Source: Eimeria praecox (Eukaryota). From it: a stretch of 64,000 bases of DNA. This document shows positions 25,612 through 40,939 of the stretch, piece after piece (the first letter of the stretch is position 1; each line of letters opens with the position of its first letter). The notes below the pieces were generated by a model that ran no database searches, was not told the origin of the DNA, and saw only the letters and a list, made by a program, of their open reading frames with translations. The DNA lies in NCBI GenBank assembly GCA_963920595.1, contig OY986948.1:2356001-2420000 (forward strand), in the 5' to 3' direction. Made by a program: the position numbers and the translations under genes.

Positions 25612-28600
25612 AACGCAAGCACAAATTGCGCATGCTTGTGCCCTGCAATGCCGTCAAAGCACGCGCCCACACACGCTCTGTAAGGCCAGTCCAAGCTATG
25701 CGTCATGAAAGCTATCGCCAGGTTGTTGGTTCGTCCTCAGTGCCGCATGTTTATATCCGTTCGCACAAGAGCGACAAACGGTATCGAGCTGAGCATGAAC
25801 TAGTGGACTGTACGACCCAAAGCGTCATATCCTCCACTTCCACTGCTAGTCGTGCACAAGGCCTTCTTAGTGGCGGGATCTGCTATGGCCGAACGCCTGC
25901 CAATAATGGAGGCAGAAATGAGTTTACACAATTGGAATGTGCCCAGCGTCCCGCGCAAGCCATTATTCATAGTGGCTGGTACGAACAAACAATGCTTGCG
26001 ACCAAGTCACAGTGTCGCCTCCAGGGCCCTTCACAAGTCAAAAGTGAAGGGCACTAGTTAGCGGATTCGTGCTTCCTAGAACTACCAAGGGCCGCCTTGC
26101 TGTGAAGCACCGTAGTGAGCGACTTCCACTGTAAGTTGCCGACCCAGAAGGGCAAGCAGACAAGGAGCTGAGAAGAGCCTTTGAGAAAGCAGTGAGCAGT
26201 TCGGCGCAGAGCAACGCCAATGCTGTGGACAGGCCAGCAGATGCACCATGCGCAGCTTAAAAAGGAGCCTTGTACCATTGCCAAGGGTGTTAGTAGGATG
26301 CGCGGCAAGATTGAAGGACACGCCCATCGAAGTCCAAAACCTTCTCCGCGCGATTCCGATTCTTCACGCCGGTTTCGGGCCCGGCCATCTCGTAAATTCC
26401 GTCTTTTCAATTCACTTCAAATTGCATCCTTATGGACTAACAACTCATGCTGAAGCGGCATGCTCCTGCGTCTGATAGTAACGCAGCCACTAGCTGCTTT
26501 ACATAACCGAGTTCCTCAGTACACCAATGCACTGAGGCGATTCCAGCGTTACTTCGAGGCGCCACAAGCACCTTCAACTGTTTTCATATGATGTTGCAAA
26601 ACAACATACCTTCTGAGGGGCCGAGCAGAATTACCATGATAACCGTTGCACAAACTCTTCCAGATGAGGCGAACAGATCCCTCTTCAGTCAGCCGCTCAG
26701 CATCACTGCAATACCACCGCACCTATCAGAACTGAATCGTCACCCCAACTTCTGCAAGCAGAGCATCTGCATGAAAAGGACGCTGTTAGAACATCGCACT
26801 GCGACCCTTCACCGGCAGAGCAGCGTATCTTCAACTGAGTGGTGAACGATCAACGGCATCGTCGATGGTTTGAAACCCCCTCTCTGCTGCTGCCATATAT
26901 GCGCAGGGGCGCTAGATCAACATTAGTGGCGCCTGCAGCCCAATGTATTATACCTTTCTACTCAGCTGGCGCAGCTGAGGCGGCCATGCAGGCGCGCTAC
27001 TAGGATTCCGCCCTTAGTGCTGTCAGTGCTGTCTTTTGTTCTACTGATCCAGCGTACCGCCTGTTCTTCATCCCCTTACGCACGATAGCGAACGGTAGAG
27101 CGATCCTGCGGATCGTGGGACGGGAAGCAGCAACACTGAGAGAGGGGCGCTGTAAATATGTGTCGGGCCCGCAACACTGCTGCCTGCAGAAGGTCCATCC
27201 CCCAAGAAAGCATCGCTAACACATGCCAGCGGCACGTCGGACACACAGGACGGGCACATACAAGCCCTTGTCGCCTTGCAGAGCTTCCAAAGGTCGCACA
27301 AATTCGCAGAGTACACACGGACGTGGCACCCAAGGACTAGTGGGCAGCCCACACGCTGCCCATTCCTGTCCGCTGGTTGCTTTGCAAGACGAAAGGCATG
27401 TCCTTGTCCTGTGATGCGTCAAGCAGAGAAGCTGAACGACCATTTAGCAAAGACCGCACAAATCAAACAGATGCCCTACACCTCAGCTGAGACACACTGG
27501 AAACCGAGCTCTCAATTCCCAGGAATCCTTTGGCCAAATCGCTAACGCGTACAAAGCCTAACAGCAGGGCCTGACTTCCCTTGGAATGCCTTTGACTTGT
27601 GCATTGTCCAAACGTGCCACGCAATCATCTTAGATCAATTACGCGGGAAACCTTGCATTGAGGCTTTTGACCGTCACCAGCAAATATGTGATGGGCAATG
27701 CCAGAAGGAGCAGCGCGCCTACTACCACAAAAACCTAAATGTCAGGCAAACAATCAAGGGAATTGAGCAGCCCGCAACCTCAAGAACAGTGTGTATCTTC
27801 TTCCCAATGATATCAACCGGCGTGCAAGTTTGTATGTTGCCCCCTACCAATCCTCTCAAAATAGTCCTACGGCAGCCGCTGTTGTTGTTTACCAAAACTC
27901 AGCGTGGCGATGACGCACATTCTAAAACCTCATTGGACTAGGAAAGCCGCATTCAGTAGCTGACGCGTATTGAAAGCGAACGGGTGCGAAAAAAGACACA
28001 CCTCCTTGCGTCCAGCCGACTTCTGTCGCATGCCTCATCCCAAGCACAAGGCCAACGTAAACCAACGGAAACAGCGGGGAGCATGCTATCGCTAGTCTAA
28101 ACCCAAATACGCTTGTTCTGCTTCCCTACAAACTAGCACTGATTCGCTTAAATGGCTCACCAAGCAATACGCTAGAAGCAAGCTAAATCGCAAAACGTAC
28201 AACTGTTCCATAGCGCCTACAGTGGTCCCTCCCTAACCCTGGAAAATGGGGGGGCACTCGTCCCGCGCAAACAAGTAAATTAACGTGCATGTAAGAAGCC
28301 TCAAATCGGGGGGTTCCGCTTGCTCTCGACGCTGACGCTACAAGGAAAACCACTTCTCCACTTCGATAACTGAACCGATGCTCTCGCACCAAACTAAGAG
28401 CTCATGAACTGTCTCACTGAACTAGCTGACAACTAAGGACGGTGGGATCGAAAACATGGCCAGCAGCTTCCGGTTTGCTGTTTCAAACGGTTTCCGCCCT
28501 GCAACTAACAGTCAACCAAAGACGGCGGAGGGCAGCAAAGTGCAGGAGCTATTCAGCGCCTACTAATCAGTAGGTGCTGGTTGCAGCTTGTGCGTAGCGG

Positions 28601-30714
28601 CACCTAAACAAGTCCTCAAGCGAAATGGTACAAAATCACCGCTTGTTGAAGTTACGGCCTTATCTAAGTGCTTGCTTGCCGCATACGTATGTGCAACCTG
28701 CCTTCAACGTACACGATTCCCTTAAACAACCAAACGTTCTCGCACCTCCTGCATCAGAGCATAGTTCCTACGATAATGGCCGTGCTTCACAAGCGCTTGC
28801 TTGTTCGTCTGACGCCCTCCGGTGCTTCTCCCGGTCATCATCACCTATCACACAAAAGTACAATAAGCAACTTGGCATACTAGCCTGCGTCTGCTCCCTT
28901 TACGGCCACACACATGTATCGGAACGGCTTCTTCACGGCATCGCACCGCCAACACACCAAGGTAAACAAACTGAATCACGCAGTTCGGTGTCACTTTCTG
29001 AGCACCTCAGCTCCACAATACCATGCCCGACAAAGCCTTAGCACTAGCTGTGAACAGGCAGGTATTAGCGGTAAGGGTTTTGCACAGACAAACTCTACAA
29101 AATGAGGCATGCCCAGATTCTGCCTCCCATTCTGCCCTGCGGTACTACACAGGTGACAAACTACAAGGCCATCAACCAACAACGCTAAAGCCACAATGAG
29201 CTCCGACTCTGAAAATATCTGCTGCCAACGTTGGACAAGCCACACCCTTGTTGCGGCCGCCGAGCGAGATCACAATGCGCTGGCTCTACAATGCATCTCG
29301 CTCTTGGAAAATCGCAACTGACCTCTTTGTCAACAGCTGAGGGAACAACCGGCCTTTATACTCAACGCGTCCGCAGGTGCCCGACTGAGGAATTTTGTAT
29401 GCGTAACAAGCATGCGACCCTTTGATATTTGACCGGGCATCTGCGGAGACTTGACTCACAAGCTGCGTCCAGTGCCTCCAAGTAACATCTGACCCGAAAC
29501 AAGGCTGTTTACCAGCTCGTCTGAGCCACTAAATTCGCAGGCCTAGCCGTTGCTATGAGGAAATCCTGCTGCATGGATCCCCACTAATTATGCTTCGCTT
29601 TGGGCGATTCACAACACTTGCGCACCTGCCCTACCAGCGCTCGTATACCAACGCCCCCCCGGCACAAAAGCTGGTCCATCAAGCCACAGGCACACACACG
29701 CACATGTATGTCAAGCAAAGCTCACACGCCAATTGGTGCAACTGCAGGAAACAGACCTGGCTTGACAGGCACCAAAACGCTGCCGCATATAAGCAGGAAA
29801 TCCCGTTATGCAGAGGTAGGTATATCATGCGTAGCAAAGCTCGCTTCTCCAATGCTTGTGATCCCCTTTTCGCATAGATGCCTGTGAATGAGCTGGTCAG
29901 AAATCGAAGGGTTAAGCTGAAATTTAGGCTTGCCTTCAGGAAATCTCTACTCTAAACTAGGATCGCAGCCCTCACCTCACCAAAATGCAGGTTATAGAGG
30001 CAGCCCAAACACTGTGGTGACCAGAGCTGCATGCTGCAGATGCAATGCCTGATCTTCACGCTTTCGCATCGCTTTAGGCGCTGCCCGCATCCTTGAATCC
30101 TTTTGGAACGATGGCAAATCCGCGACTCCCCGGCTACATAATGCAGGTGACCCGCTCCAGACACCAACTCACGCTCTACAGTAACACAGCATTAGTGTAG
30201 GGGCATGCTCTGTCATGTGCTTTGACGTGCGCACAGCCAGTTATTCTCCCAGCGAGCCGTTGGCATTACGCTCAGCAGATGAAATCTACACCCATATCTC
30301 ATGTACTCTCCATCCAAGTCGTCGAAGACGCCTTCGGCCAATCATCACGAAACGCTTTAACACTTGTGAGCGTACAGGCACTTCAACGCATAACTAAGCA
30401 TGTAACTAAGAATCGTCCAGTCAGAGATGCATGCAAAATAGGGGTACGTAGCAGCGCTCGGAAGAAAAGAAAACCCATTGTGACAGGCTATGCCCTGCCA
30501 GATTTTCGTTAGACCCCTGCAAAGCTGCGCCGCAAAGCCTGTCAGGCGGCATGCTGAGATTCTCTACAAATTCTTGTGCCTTCATCGCTGGCACACCAAC
30601 TCACCTTCCGCCAAAATAATTCAGAGCAGTCTTGCAGAGACCGGCTGCAACTCCCAGCTTTACCATCCATCGCAGCTGGCAACTCACACAGCCAACCAAC
30701 CAACCAACGGGGTA
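25612..30714. repeat. Repeat copy 6 (5103 bp)
   Basis: Anchor spacing. 6-bp deletion near 30515 (AGACCCCTGC vs AGACCCTAACTCCTGC). Confidence 0.97.
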
Positions 30715-33700
30715 AACGCAAGCACAAATTGCGCCTGCTTGAGCCCTGCAATGCCGTCAAACCACGCGCCCACACACGCTCTGTAAGGCCAGTCCAAGCT
30801 ATGCGTCATGAAAGCTATCGCCAGGTTGTTGCTTCGTCCTCAGTGCCGCATGTTTATATCCGTTCGCACAAGAGCGACAAACGGTATCGAGCTGAGCATG
30901 AACTAGTGGACTGTATGACCCAAAGCGTCATATCCTCCACTTCCACTGCTAGTCGTGCACAAGGCCTTCTTAGTGGCGGGATCTGCTATGGCCGAACGCC
31001 TGCCAATAATGGAGGCAGAAATGAGTTTACACAATTGGAACGTGCCCAGTGTCTCGCGCAAGCCATTATTCATAGTGGCTGGTACGAACAAACAATGCTT
31101 GCGACCCAGTCACAGTGTCGCCTCCAGGGCCCTTCACAAGCCAAAAGTGAAGGGCACTAGTTAGCGGATTCGTGCTTCCTAGAACTACCAAGGGCCGCCT
31201 TGCTGTGAAGCACCGTAGTGAGCGACTTCCACTGTAAGTTGCCGACCCAGAAGGGCAAGCAGACAAGGAGCTGAGAAGAGCCTTTGAGAAAGCAGTGAGC
31301 AGTTCGGCGCAGAGCAACGCCAATGCTGTGGACAGGCCAGCAGATGCACCATGCGCAGCTTAAAAAGGAGCCTTGTACCGTTGCCAAGGGTGTTAGTAGG
31401 ATGCGCGGCAAGATTGAAGGACACGCCCATCGAAGCCCAAAACCTTCTCCGCGCGATTCTCATTCTTCACGCCGGTTTCGGGCCCGGCCATCTCGTAAAT
31501 TCCGTCTTTTCAATTCACTTCAAATTGCATCCTTATGGACTAACAACTCAAGCTGAAGCGGCACGCTCCTGCGCCTGATAGTAATGCAGCCACTAGCTGG
31601 TTTATATAGCCGAGTTCTTCAGTACACCAATGCACTGAGGCGATTCCAGCGTTACTTCGAGGCGCCACAAGCACCTTCAACTGTTTTCATATGATGTTGC
31701 AAAACAACATACTTCCTGAAGGGCCGAGCAGAATTACCATGATAACCGTTGCACAAACGCTTCCAGATGAGGCGAACAGATCCCTCTTCAGTCAGCCGCT
31801 CAGCATCACTGCAATATCACCACACCTATCCGAACTGAATCGTCACCTCAACTTCTGCAAGCAGAGCATCTGCATGAAAAGGACGCTGTTAGAACATCGC
31901 ACTGCGACCCTTCACCGGCAGGGCAGCGTATCTTCAACTGAGTGGTGAGCGATCAACAGCATCGTCGATGGTTTGAAACCCCCCTCTCTGCTGCTGCAAT
32001 ATATGCGCAGGGGCGCTAGATCAACATTAGTGGCGCCTGCAGCCCAATGTATTATACCTTTCTACTCAACTGGCGCAGCTGAGGCGGCCATGCAGGCGCG
32101 CTACTAGGATTCCGCCCTTAGTGTTTTCAGTGCTGCCTTTTGTGCTACTGATCCAGCTTACCGCCTTTCCTTCATCCCCTTACGCACGATAGCGAACGGT
32201 AGAGCGATCCTGCGGATCGTGGGACGGGAAGCAGCAACACTGAGAGAGGGGCGCTGTAAATATGTGTCGGGCCCGCAACACTGCTGCCTGCAGAAGGTCC
32301 ATCCCCCAGGAAAGCATCGCTAACACATGCCAGCGGCACGTCGGACACGCAGGACGGGCACATACAAGCCCTCGTAGCCTTGCAGAGTTTCCAAAGGTCG
32401 CACAAATTCGCACAGTACACACGGACGTGGCACCCAAGGACTAGTGGGCAGCCCACACGCTGCCCATTCCTGTCCGCTGGTTGCTTTGCAAGACGAAAGG
32501 CATGTCCTTGTCCTGTGATGCGTCAAGCAGAGAAGCTGAACGAGCATTTAGCAAAGACCGCACAAATCAAACAGATGCCTTACACCTCAGCTGAGACACA
32601 CTGGAAACCGAGCTCTCAATTCCCAGGAATCCTTTGGCCAAATCGCTAACGCGTACAAAGCCTAACAGCAGGGCCTGACTTCCCTTGGAATGCCTTTGAC
32701 TTGTGCATTGTCCAAACGTGCCACGTAATCATCTTAGATCAATTACGCGGGAAACCTTGCATTGTGGCTTTTGACCGTCACCAGCAAATATGTGATGAGC
32801 AATGCCAGAAGGAGGAGCGCGCCTACTACCACAAAAACCTAAATGTCAGGCAAACAATCAAGGGAATCGAGCAGCCCGCAACCTCAAGAACAGTGTGTAT
32901 CTTCTTCCCAATGATATCAACCGGCGTGCAAGTTTGTATGTTGCCCCCTACCAATCCTCTCAAAATAGTCCTACGGCAGCCGCTGTTGTTGTTTACCAAA
33001 ACTCAGCGTGGCGATGACGCACATTCTAAAACCTCATTGGACTAGGAAAGCCGCATTCAGTAGCTGACGCGTATTGAAAGCGAACGGGTGCGAAAAAAGA
33101 CACACCTCCTTGCGTCCAGCCGACTTCTGTCGCATGCCTCATCCCAAGCACAAGGCCAACGTAAACCAACGGAAACAGCGGGGAGCATGCTATCGCTAGT
33201 CTACACCCAAATGCGCTTGTTCTGCTTCCCTACAAACTAGCACTGATTCGCTTAAATGGCTCACCAAGCAATACGCTAGAAGCAAGCTAAATCGCACAAC
33301 GTACAACTGTTCCATAGCGCCTACAGTGGTCCCTCCCTAACCCTGGAAAATGCGGGGGCACTCGTCCCGCGCAAACAAGTAAATTAACGTGCATGTAAGA
33401 AGCCTCAAATCGGGGGATTCCGCTTGCTCTCGACGCTGACGCTACAAGGAAAAGCACTTCTCCACTTCGATAACTGAACCGATGCCCTCGCACCAAACTA
33501 AGAGCTCATGAACTGTCTCACTGAACTAGCTGACAACTAAGGACGGTGGGATCGAAAACATGGCCAGCAGCTTCCGGTTTGCTGTTTCAAACGGTTTCCG
33601 CCCTGCAACTAACAGTCAACCAAAGACGGCGGAGGGCAGCAAAGTGCAGGAGCTATTCAGCGCCTACTAATCAGTAGGTGCTGGTTGCAGCTTGTGCGTA

Positions 33701-35818
33701 GCGGCACCTAAACAAGTCCTCAAGCGAAATGGTACAAAATCACCGCTTGTTGAAGTTACGGCCTTATCTAAGTGCTTGCTTGCCGCATACGTATGTGCAA
33801 CCTGCCTTCAACGTACACGATTCCCTTAAACAACCAAACGTTCTCGCACCTCCTGCATCAGAGCATAGTTCCTACGATAATGGCCGTGCTTCACAAGCGC
33901 TTGCTTGTTCGTCTGACGCCCTCCGGTGCTTCTCCCGGTCATCATCACCTATCACACAAAAGTAAAATAAGCAACTTGGCATACTAGCCTGCGTCTGCTC
34001 CCTTTACGGCCACACACATGTATCGGAACGGCTTCTTCACGGCATCGCACCGCCAACACACCAAGGTAAACAAACTGAATCACGCAGTTCGGTGTCACTT
34101 TCTGAGCACCCCAGCTCCACAATACCATGCCCGACAAAGCCTTAGCACTAGCTGTGAACAGGCAGGTATTAGCGGTAAGGGTTTTGCACAGACAAACTCT
34201 ACAAAATGAGGCATGCCCAGATTCTGCCTCCCATTCTGCCCTGCGGTACTATACAGGTGACAAACTACAAGGCCATCAACCAACAACGCTAAAGCCACAA
34301 TGAGCTCCGACTCTGAAAATATCTGCTGCCAACGTTGGACAAGCCACACCCTTGTTGCGGCCGCCGAGCGAGATCACAATGCGCTGGCTCTACAATGCAT
34401 CTCGCTCTTGGAAAATCGCAACTGACCTCTTTGTCAACAGCTGAGGGAACAACCGGCCTTTATACTCAACGCGTCCGCAGGTGCCCGACTGAGGAATTTT
34501 GTATGCGTAACAAGCATGCGACCCTTTGATATTTGACCGGGCATCTGCGGAGACTTGACTCACAAGCTGCGTCCAGTGCCTCCAAGTAACATCTGACCCG
34601 AAATAAGGCTGTTTACCATCTCGTCTGAGCCACTAAATTCGCAGGCCTAGCCGTTGCTATGAGGAAATCCTGCTGCATGGATCCCCACTAATTATGCTTC
34701 GCTTTGGGCGATTCACAACACTTGCGCACCTGCCCTACCAGCGCTCGTATACCAACGCCCCCCCGGCACAAAAGCTGGTCCATCAAGCCACAGGCACACA
34801 CACGCACATGTATGTCAAGCAAAGCTCACACGCCAATTGGTGCAACTGCAGGAAACAGACCTGGCTTGACAGGCACCAAAACGCTGCCGCATATAAGCAG
34901 GAAATCCCGTTATGCAGAGGTAGGTATATCATGCGTAGCAAAGCTCGCTTCTCCAATGTTTGCGATCCCCTTTTCGCATAGATGCCTGTGAATGGGATGG
35001 TCAGAAATCGAAGGGTCAAGCTGAAATTTAGGCTTGCCTTCAGGAAATCTCTACTCTGAACTAGGATCGCAGCCCTCACCTCACCAAAATGCAGGTTATA
35101 GAGGCTGCCCAAACATAGTGGTGACCAGAGCTGCATGCTGCAGATGCAATGCCTGATCTTCACGCTTTCGCATCGCTTTAGGCGCTGCCCGCATCCTTGA
35201 ATCCTTTTGGAACGATGGCAAATCCGCGACTCCCCGGCTACATAATGCACGTGACCCGCTCCAGACACCAACTCACGCTCTACAGTAACACAGCATTAGT
35301 GTAGGGGCATGCTCTGTCATGTGCTTTGACGTGCGCACAGCCAGTTATTCTCCCAGCGAGCCGTTGGCATTACGCTCAGCAGATGAAATCTACACCCATA
35401 TCTCATGTACTCTCCATCCAAGTCCTCGAAGACGCCTTCGGCCAACCATCACGAAACGCTTTAACACTTGTGAGCGTACAGGCACTTCAACGCATAACTA
35501 AGCATGTAACTAAGAATCGTCCAGTCAGAGATGCATGCAAAATAGGGGTACGTAGCAGCGCTCGGAAGAAAAGAAAACCCATTGTGACAGGCTATGCCCT
35601 GCCAGATTTTCGTTAGACCCCTGCAAAGCTGCGCCGCAAAGCCTGTCAGGCGGCATGCTGAGATTCTCTACAAATTCTTGTGCCTTCATCGCTGGCACAT
35701 CAACTCACCATCCGCCAAAATAATTCAGAGCAGTCTTGCAGAGATCGGCTGCAATTCCCAGCTTTACCATCCATCGCAGCTGGCAACTCACACAGCCAAC
35801 CAACCAACTAACGGGGTA
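30715..35818. repeat. Repeat copy 7 (5104 bp)
   Basis: Anchor spacing. Shares the 6-bp deletion (near 35619) with copy 6. Confidence 0.97.
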
Positions 35819-38800
35819 AACGCAAGCACAAATTGCGCCTGCTTGAGCCCTGCAATGCCGTCAAAGCACGCGCCCACACACGCTCTGTAAGGCCAGTCCA
35901 ACCTATGCGTCATGAAAGCTATCGCCAGGTTGTTGCTTCGTCCTCAGTGCCGCATGTTTATATCCGTTCGCACAAGAGCGACAAACGGTATCGAGCTGAG
36001 CATAACTAGTGGACTGTACGACCCAAAGCGTCATATCCTCCACTTCCACTGCTAGTCGTGCACACGGCCTTCTTAGTGGCGGGATCTGCTATGGCCGAAC
36101 GCCTGCCAATAATGGAGGCAGAAATGAGTTTACACAATTGGAATGTGCCCAGCGTCCCGCGCAAGCCATTATTCATAGTGGCTGGTACGAACAAACAATG
36201 CTTGCGACCAAGTCACAGTGTCGCCTCCAGGGCCCTTCACAAGTCAAAAGTGAAGGGCACTAGTGAGCGGATTCGGGCTTCCTAGAACTACCAAGGGCCG
36301 CCTTGCTGTGAAGCACCGTAGTGAGCGACTTCCACTGTAAGTTGCCGACCCAGAAGGGCAAGCAGACAAGGAGCTGAGAAGAGCCTTTGAGAAAGCAGTG
36401 AGCAGTTCGGCGCAGAGCAACGCCAATGCTGTGGACAGGCCAGCAGATGCACCATGCGCTGCTTAAAAAGGAGCCTTGTACCGTTGCCAAGGGTGTTAGT
36501 AGGATGCGCGGCAAGATTGAAGGACACGCCCATCGAAGTCCAAAACCTTCTCCGCTCGATTCCGATTCTTCACGCCAGTTTCGAGCCCGGCCATCTCGTA
36601 AATTCCGTCTTCCCAATTCACTTCAAATTCCATCCTAATGGACTAACAACTCAAGCTGAAGCGGCACGCTCCTGCGCCTGATAGTAATGCAGCCACTAGC
36701 TGGTTTATATAGCCGAGTTCCTCAGTACACCAATGCACTGAGGCGATTCCAGCGTTACTTCGAGGCGCCACAAGCACCTTCAACTGTTTTCATATGATGT
36801 TGCAAAACAACATACCTTCTGAGGGGCCGAGCAGAATTACCATGATAACCGTTGCACAAACGCTTCCAGATGAGGCGAACAGATCCCTCCTCACTCAGCC
36901 GCTCAGCATCACTGCAATACCACCGCACCTATCAGAACTGAATCGTCACCTCAACTTCTGCAAGCAGAGCATCTGCACGAAAAGGACGCTGTTAGAACAT
37001 CGCACTGCGACCCTTCACCGGCAGAGCAGCGTATCTTCAACTGAGTGGTGAGCGATCAATAACATCGTCGATGGTTTGAAACCCCCCTCTCTGCTGCTGC
37101 CATATATGCGCAGGGGCGCTAGATCAACATTAGTGGCGCCTGCAGCCCAATGTATTATACCTTTCTACTCAACTGGCGCAGCAGAGGCGACCATGCAGGC
37201 GCGCTACTAGGATTCCGCCCTTAGTGTTGTCAGTGCTGTCTTTTGTTCTAGTGATCCAACTTACTATCTGTTCTTCATCCCCTTACGCACGATAGCGAAC
37301 GGTAGAGCGATCCTGCGGATCGTGGGACGGGAAGCAGCAACACTGAGAGAGGGGCGCTGTAAATATGTGTCGGGCCCGCAACACTGCTGCCTGCAGAAGG
37401 TCCAGCCTCCAAGAAAGCATCGCTAACACATGCCAGCGGCACGTCGGACACACAGGACGGGCAAATACAAGCCCTCGTAGCCTTGCAGAGTTTCCAAAGG
37501 TCGCACAAATTCGCAGAGTACACACGGACGTGGCACCCAAGGACTAGTGGGCAGCCCACACGATGCCCATTCCTGTCCGCTGGTTGCTTTGCAAGAAGAA
37601 AGACATGTCCTTGTCCTGTGATGCGTCAAGCAGAGAAGCTGAACGAGCATTTAGCAAAGACCGCACAAATCAAACAGATGCCCTACACCTCAGCTGAGAC
37701 ACACTGGAAACCGAGCTCTCAATTCCCAGGAATCCTTTGGCCAAATCGCTAACGCGTACAAAGCCTAACAGCAGGGCCTGACTTCCCTTGGAATGCCTTT
37801 GACTTGTGCATTGTCCAAACGTGCCACGTAATCATCTTAGATCAATTACGCGGGAAACCTTGCATTGAGGCTTTTGACCGTCACCAGCAAATATGTGATG
37901 AGCAATGCCAGAAGGAGGAGCGCGCTTACTACCACAAAAACCTAAATGTCAGGCAAACAGTCAAGGGAATTGAGCAGCCCGCAACCTCAAGAACAGTGTG
38001 TTTCCTCCTCCTCTTGAGATCAACCGGCGTGCAAGTTTGTATGTTGCCCCCTACCAATCCTCTCAAAATAGTCCTACGGCCGCCGCTGTTGTTGTTTACC
38101 AAAACTCAGCGTGGCGATGACGCACATTCTAAAACCTCATTGGACTAGGAAAGCAGCATTCAGTAGCTGACGCGTATTGAAAGCGAACGGGTGCGAAAAA
38201 AGACACACCTCCTTGCGTCCAGCCGACTTCTGTCGCATGCCTCATCCCAAGCACAAGGCCAACGTAAACCAACGGAAACAGCGGGGAGCATGCTATCGCT
38301 AGTCTACACCCAAATACGCTTTGTTCTGCTTCCCTACAAACTATTCCCTACAAACTAGCACTGATTCGCTCAAATGGCTCACCAAGCAATACGCTAGAAG
38401 CAAGCTAAATCGCACAACGCACAACTGTTCCATAGCGCCTACAGTGGTCCCTCCCTAACCCTGGAAAATGCGGGGGCACTCGTCCCGCACGAACAAGTAA
38501 ATTAACTTGCATGTAAGAAGCCTCAAATCGGGGGATTCCGCTTGCTCTCCACGCTGACGCTACAAGGAAAACCACTTCTCCACTTCGATAACTGAACCGA
38601 TGCTCTCGCACCAAACTAAGAGATCATGAACTGTCTCACTGAACTAGCTGACAACTAAGGACGGTGGGATCGAAAACATGGCCAGCAGCTTCCGGTTTGC
38701 TGTTTCAAACGGTTTCCGCCCTGCAACTAACAGTCAACCAAAGACGGCGGAGGGCAGCAACGTGCAGGAGCTATTCAGCGCCCACTAATCAGTAGGTGCT

Positions 38801-40939
38801 CGTTGCATCTTGCGCATGGGGGCACCTAAACAAGTCCTCAAGCGAAATGGTACAAAATCACCGCTTGTTGCAGTTACAGCTTTATCTAAGTGCTTGCTTG
38901 CCGCATACGTATGTGCAACCTGCCTTCAACCTACACGATTCCCTTAAACAACCAAAGGTTCCCGCACCTCCTGCATCAGAGCATAGTTCCTACGATAATG
39001 ACCGTGCTTCACAAGCGCTTGCTTGTTCGTCTGATGCCCTCCGGTGCTTCTCCCGGTCATCATCACCTCTCACACAAAAGTAAAATAAGCAACTTGGCAT
39101 ACTAGCCTGCGTCTGCTCCCTTTACGGCCACACACATGTATCGGAACGGCTCCATGGCATCGCACCGCCAACACACCAAGGTAAACAAACTGAATCACGC
39201 AGTTCGGTGTCACTTTCTGAGCACCTCAGCTCCACAATACCATGCCCGACAAAGCCTTAGCACTAGCTGTGAACAGGCAGGTATTAGCGGTAAGGGTTTT
39301 GCACAGACAAACTCTACAAAATGAGGCATGCCCAGATTCTGCCTCCCATTCTGCCCTGCGGTACTACACAGGTGACAAACTACAAGGCCATCAACCAACA
39401 ACGCTAAAGCCGCCCTGAGCTCCGACTCTGAAAATATCTGCTGCCAAAGTTGGACAAGCCACACCCTTGTTGCGGCCGCCGAGCGAGATCACAATGCGCT
39501 GGCTCTACAATGCATCTCCCTCTTGGAAAATCGCAACTGACTTCTTTGTCAACAGCTGAGGGAACAACCGGCCTTTATACTCAACGCGTCCGCAAGTGCC
39601 CGACTGAGGAATTTTGTATGCGTAACAAGCATGCGACCCTTTGAAATTTGACCGGGCATCTGCGGAGACTTGACTCACAAGCTGCGTCCAGTGCTTCCAA
39701 GTAACATCTGACCCGAAATAAAGCTGTTTACCATCTCGTCTGAGCCACTAAATTCGCAGGCCTAGCCGTTGCTATGAGGAAATCCTGCTGCATGGATCCC
39801 CACTAATTATGCTTCGCTTTGGGCGATTCACAAGACTTGCGCACCTGCCCTACCAGGGCTCGTATACCAACGCCCCCCCGGCACACAAGCTGGTCCATCA
39901 AGCCACAGGCACACACACGCACATGTATGTCAAGCAAAGCTCACACGCCAATTGGTGCAACTGCAGGAAATAGACCTGGCTTGACAGGCACCAAAATGCT
40001 GCCGCATATAAGCAGGAAATCCCGTTATGCAGAGGTAGGTATATCATGCGTAGCAAAGCTCGCTTCTCCAATGCTTGCGATCCCCTTTTCGCATAGATGC
40101 CTGTGAATGAGCTGGTCAGAAATCGAAGGGTCAAGCTGAAATTTAGGCTTGCCTTCAGGAAATCTCTACTCTGAACTAGGACCGCAGCCCTCACCTCACC
40201 AAAATGCAGGTTATAGAGGCAGCCCAAACACTGTGGTGACCAGGGCTGCATGCTGCAGATGCAATGCCTGACCTTCATGCTTTCACATTGCTTTAGGCTC
40301 TGCCTGCATTTTTGAACCCTTTTGGGACGGTGGCAAATCCGCGACTCCCCGGCTACATAATGCAGGTGACCCGCTCCAGACACCAACTCACGCTCTACAG
40401 TAACACAGCATTAGTGTAGGGGCATGCTCTGTCATGTGCTTTGACGTGCGCACAGCCAGTTATTCTTCCAGAGAACCGTTGGCATTACGCTCAGCAGATG
40501 AAATCTACACCCATATCTCATGTACTCTCCATCCAAGTCGTCGAAGACGCCTTCGGCCAACCATCACGAAACGCTTTAACACTTGTGAGCGTACAGGCAC
40601 TTCAACGTATAACTAAGCATGCAACTAAGCATCGTCCAGTCAGAGATGCATGCAAAATAGGGGTACGTAGCAGCGCTCGGAAGAAAAGAAAACTCATTGT
40701 GACAGGCTATGCCCTGCCAGATTTTTGTTAGACCCTAACTCCTGCAAAGCTGCGCCGCAAAGCCTATCAGGCGGCATGCTGAGATTCTCTACAAATTCTT
40801 GTGACTTCATCGCTGGCACACCAACTCACCTTCTGCCAAAATAATTCAGAGCAGTCTTGCAGAGATCGGCTGCAACTCCCAGCTTTACCATCCATCGCAG
40901 CTGGCAACTCACACAGCCAACCAACCAACCAACGCGGTA
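35819..40939. repeat. Repeat copy 8 (5121 bp)
   Basis: Anchor spacing. First copy with the GAGCATAAC 1-bp deletion found in copies 8-12. Confidence 0.97.

Noticed and set aside
34783..35271. 162-aa minus-strand ORF
   Set aside because: Open only in some copies and split by stops or frameshifts in others; no recognisable family.
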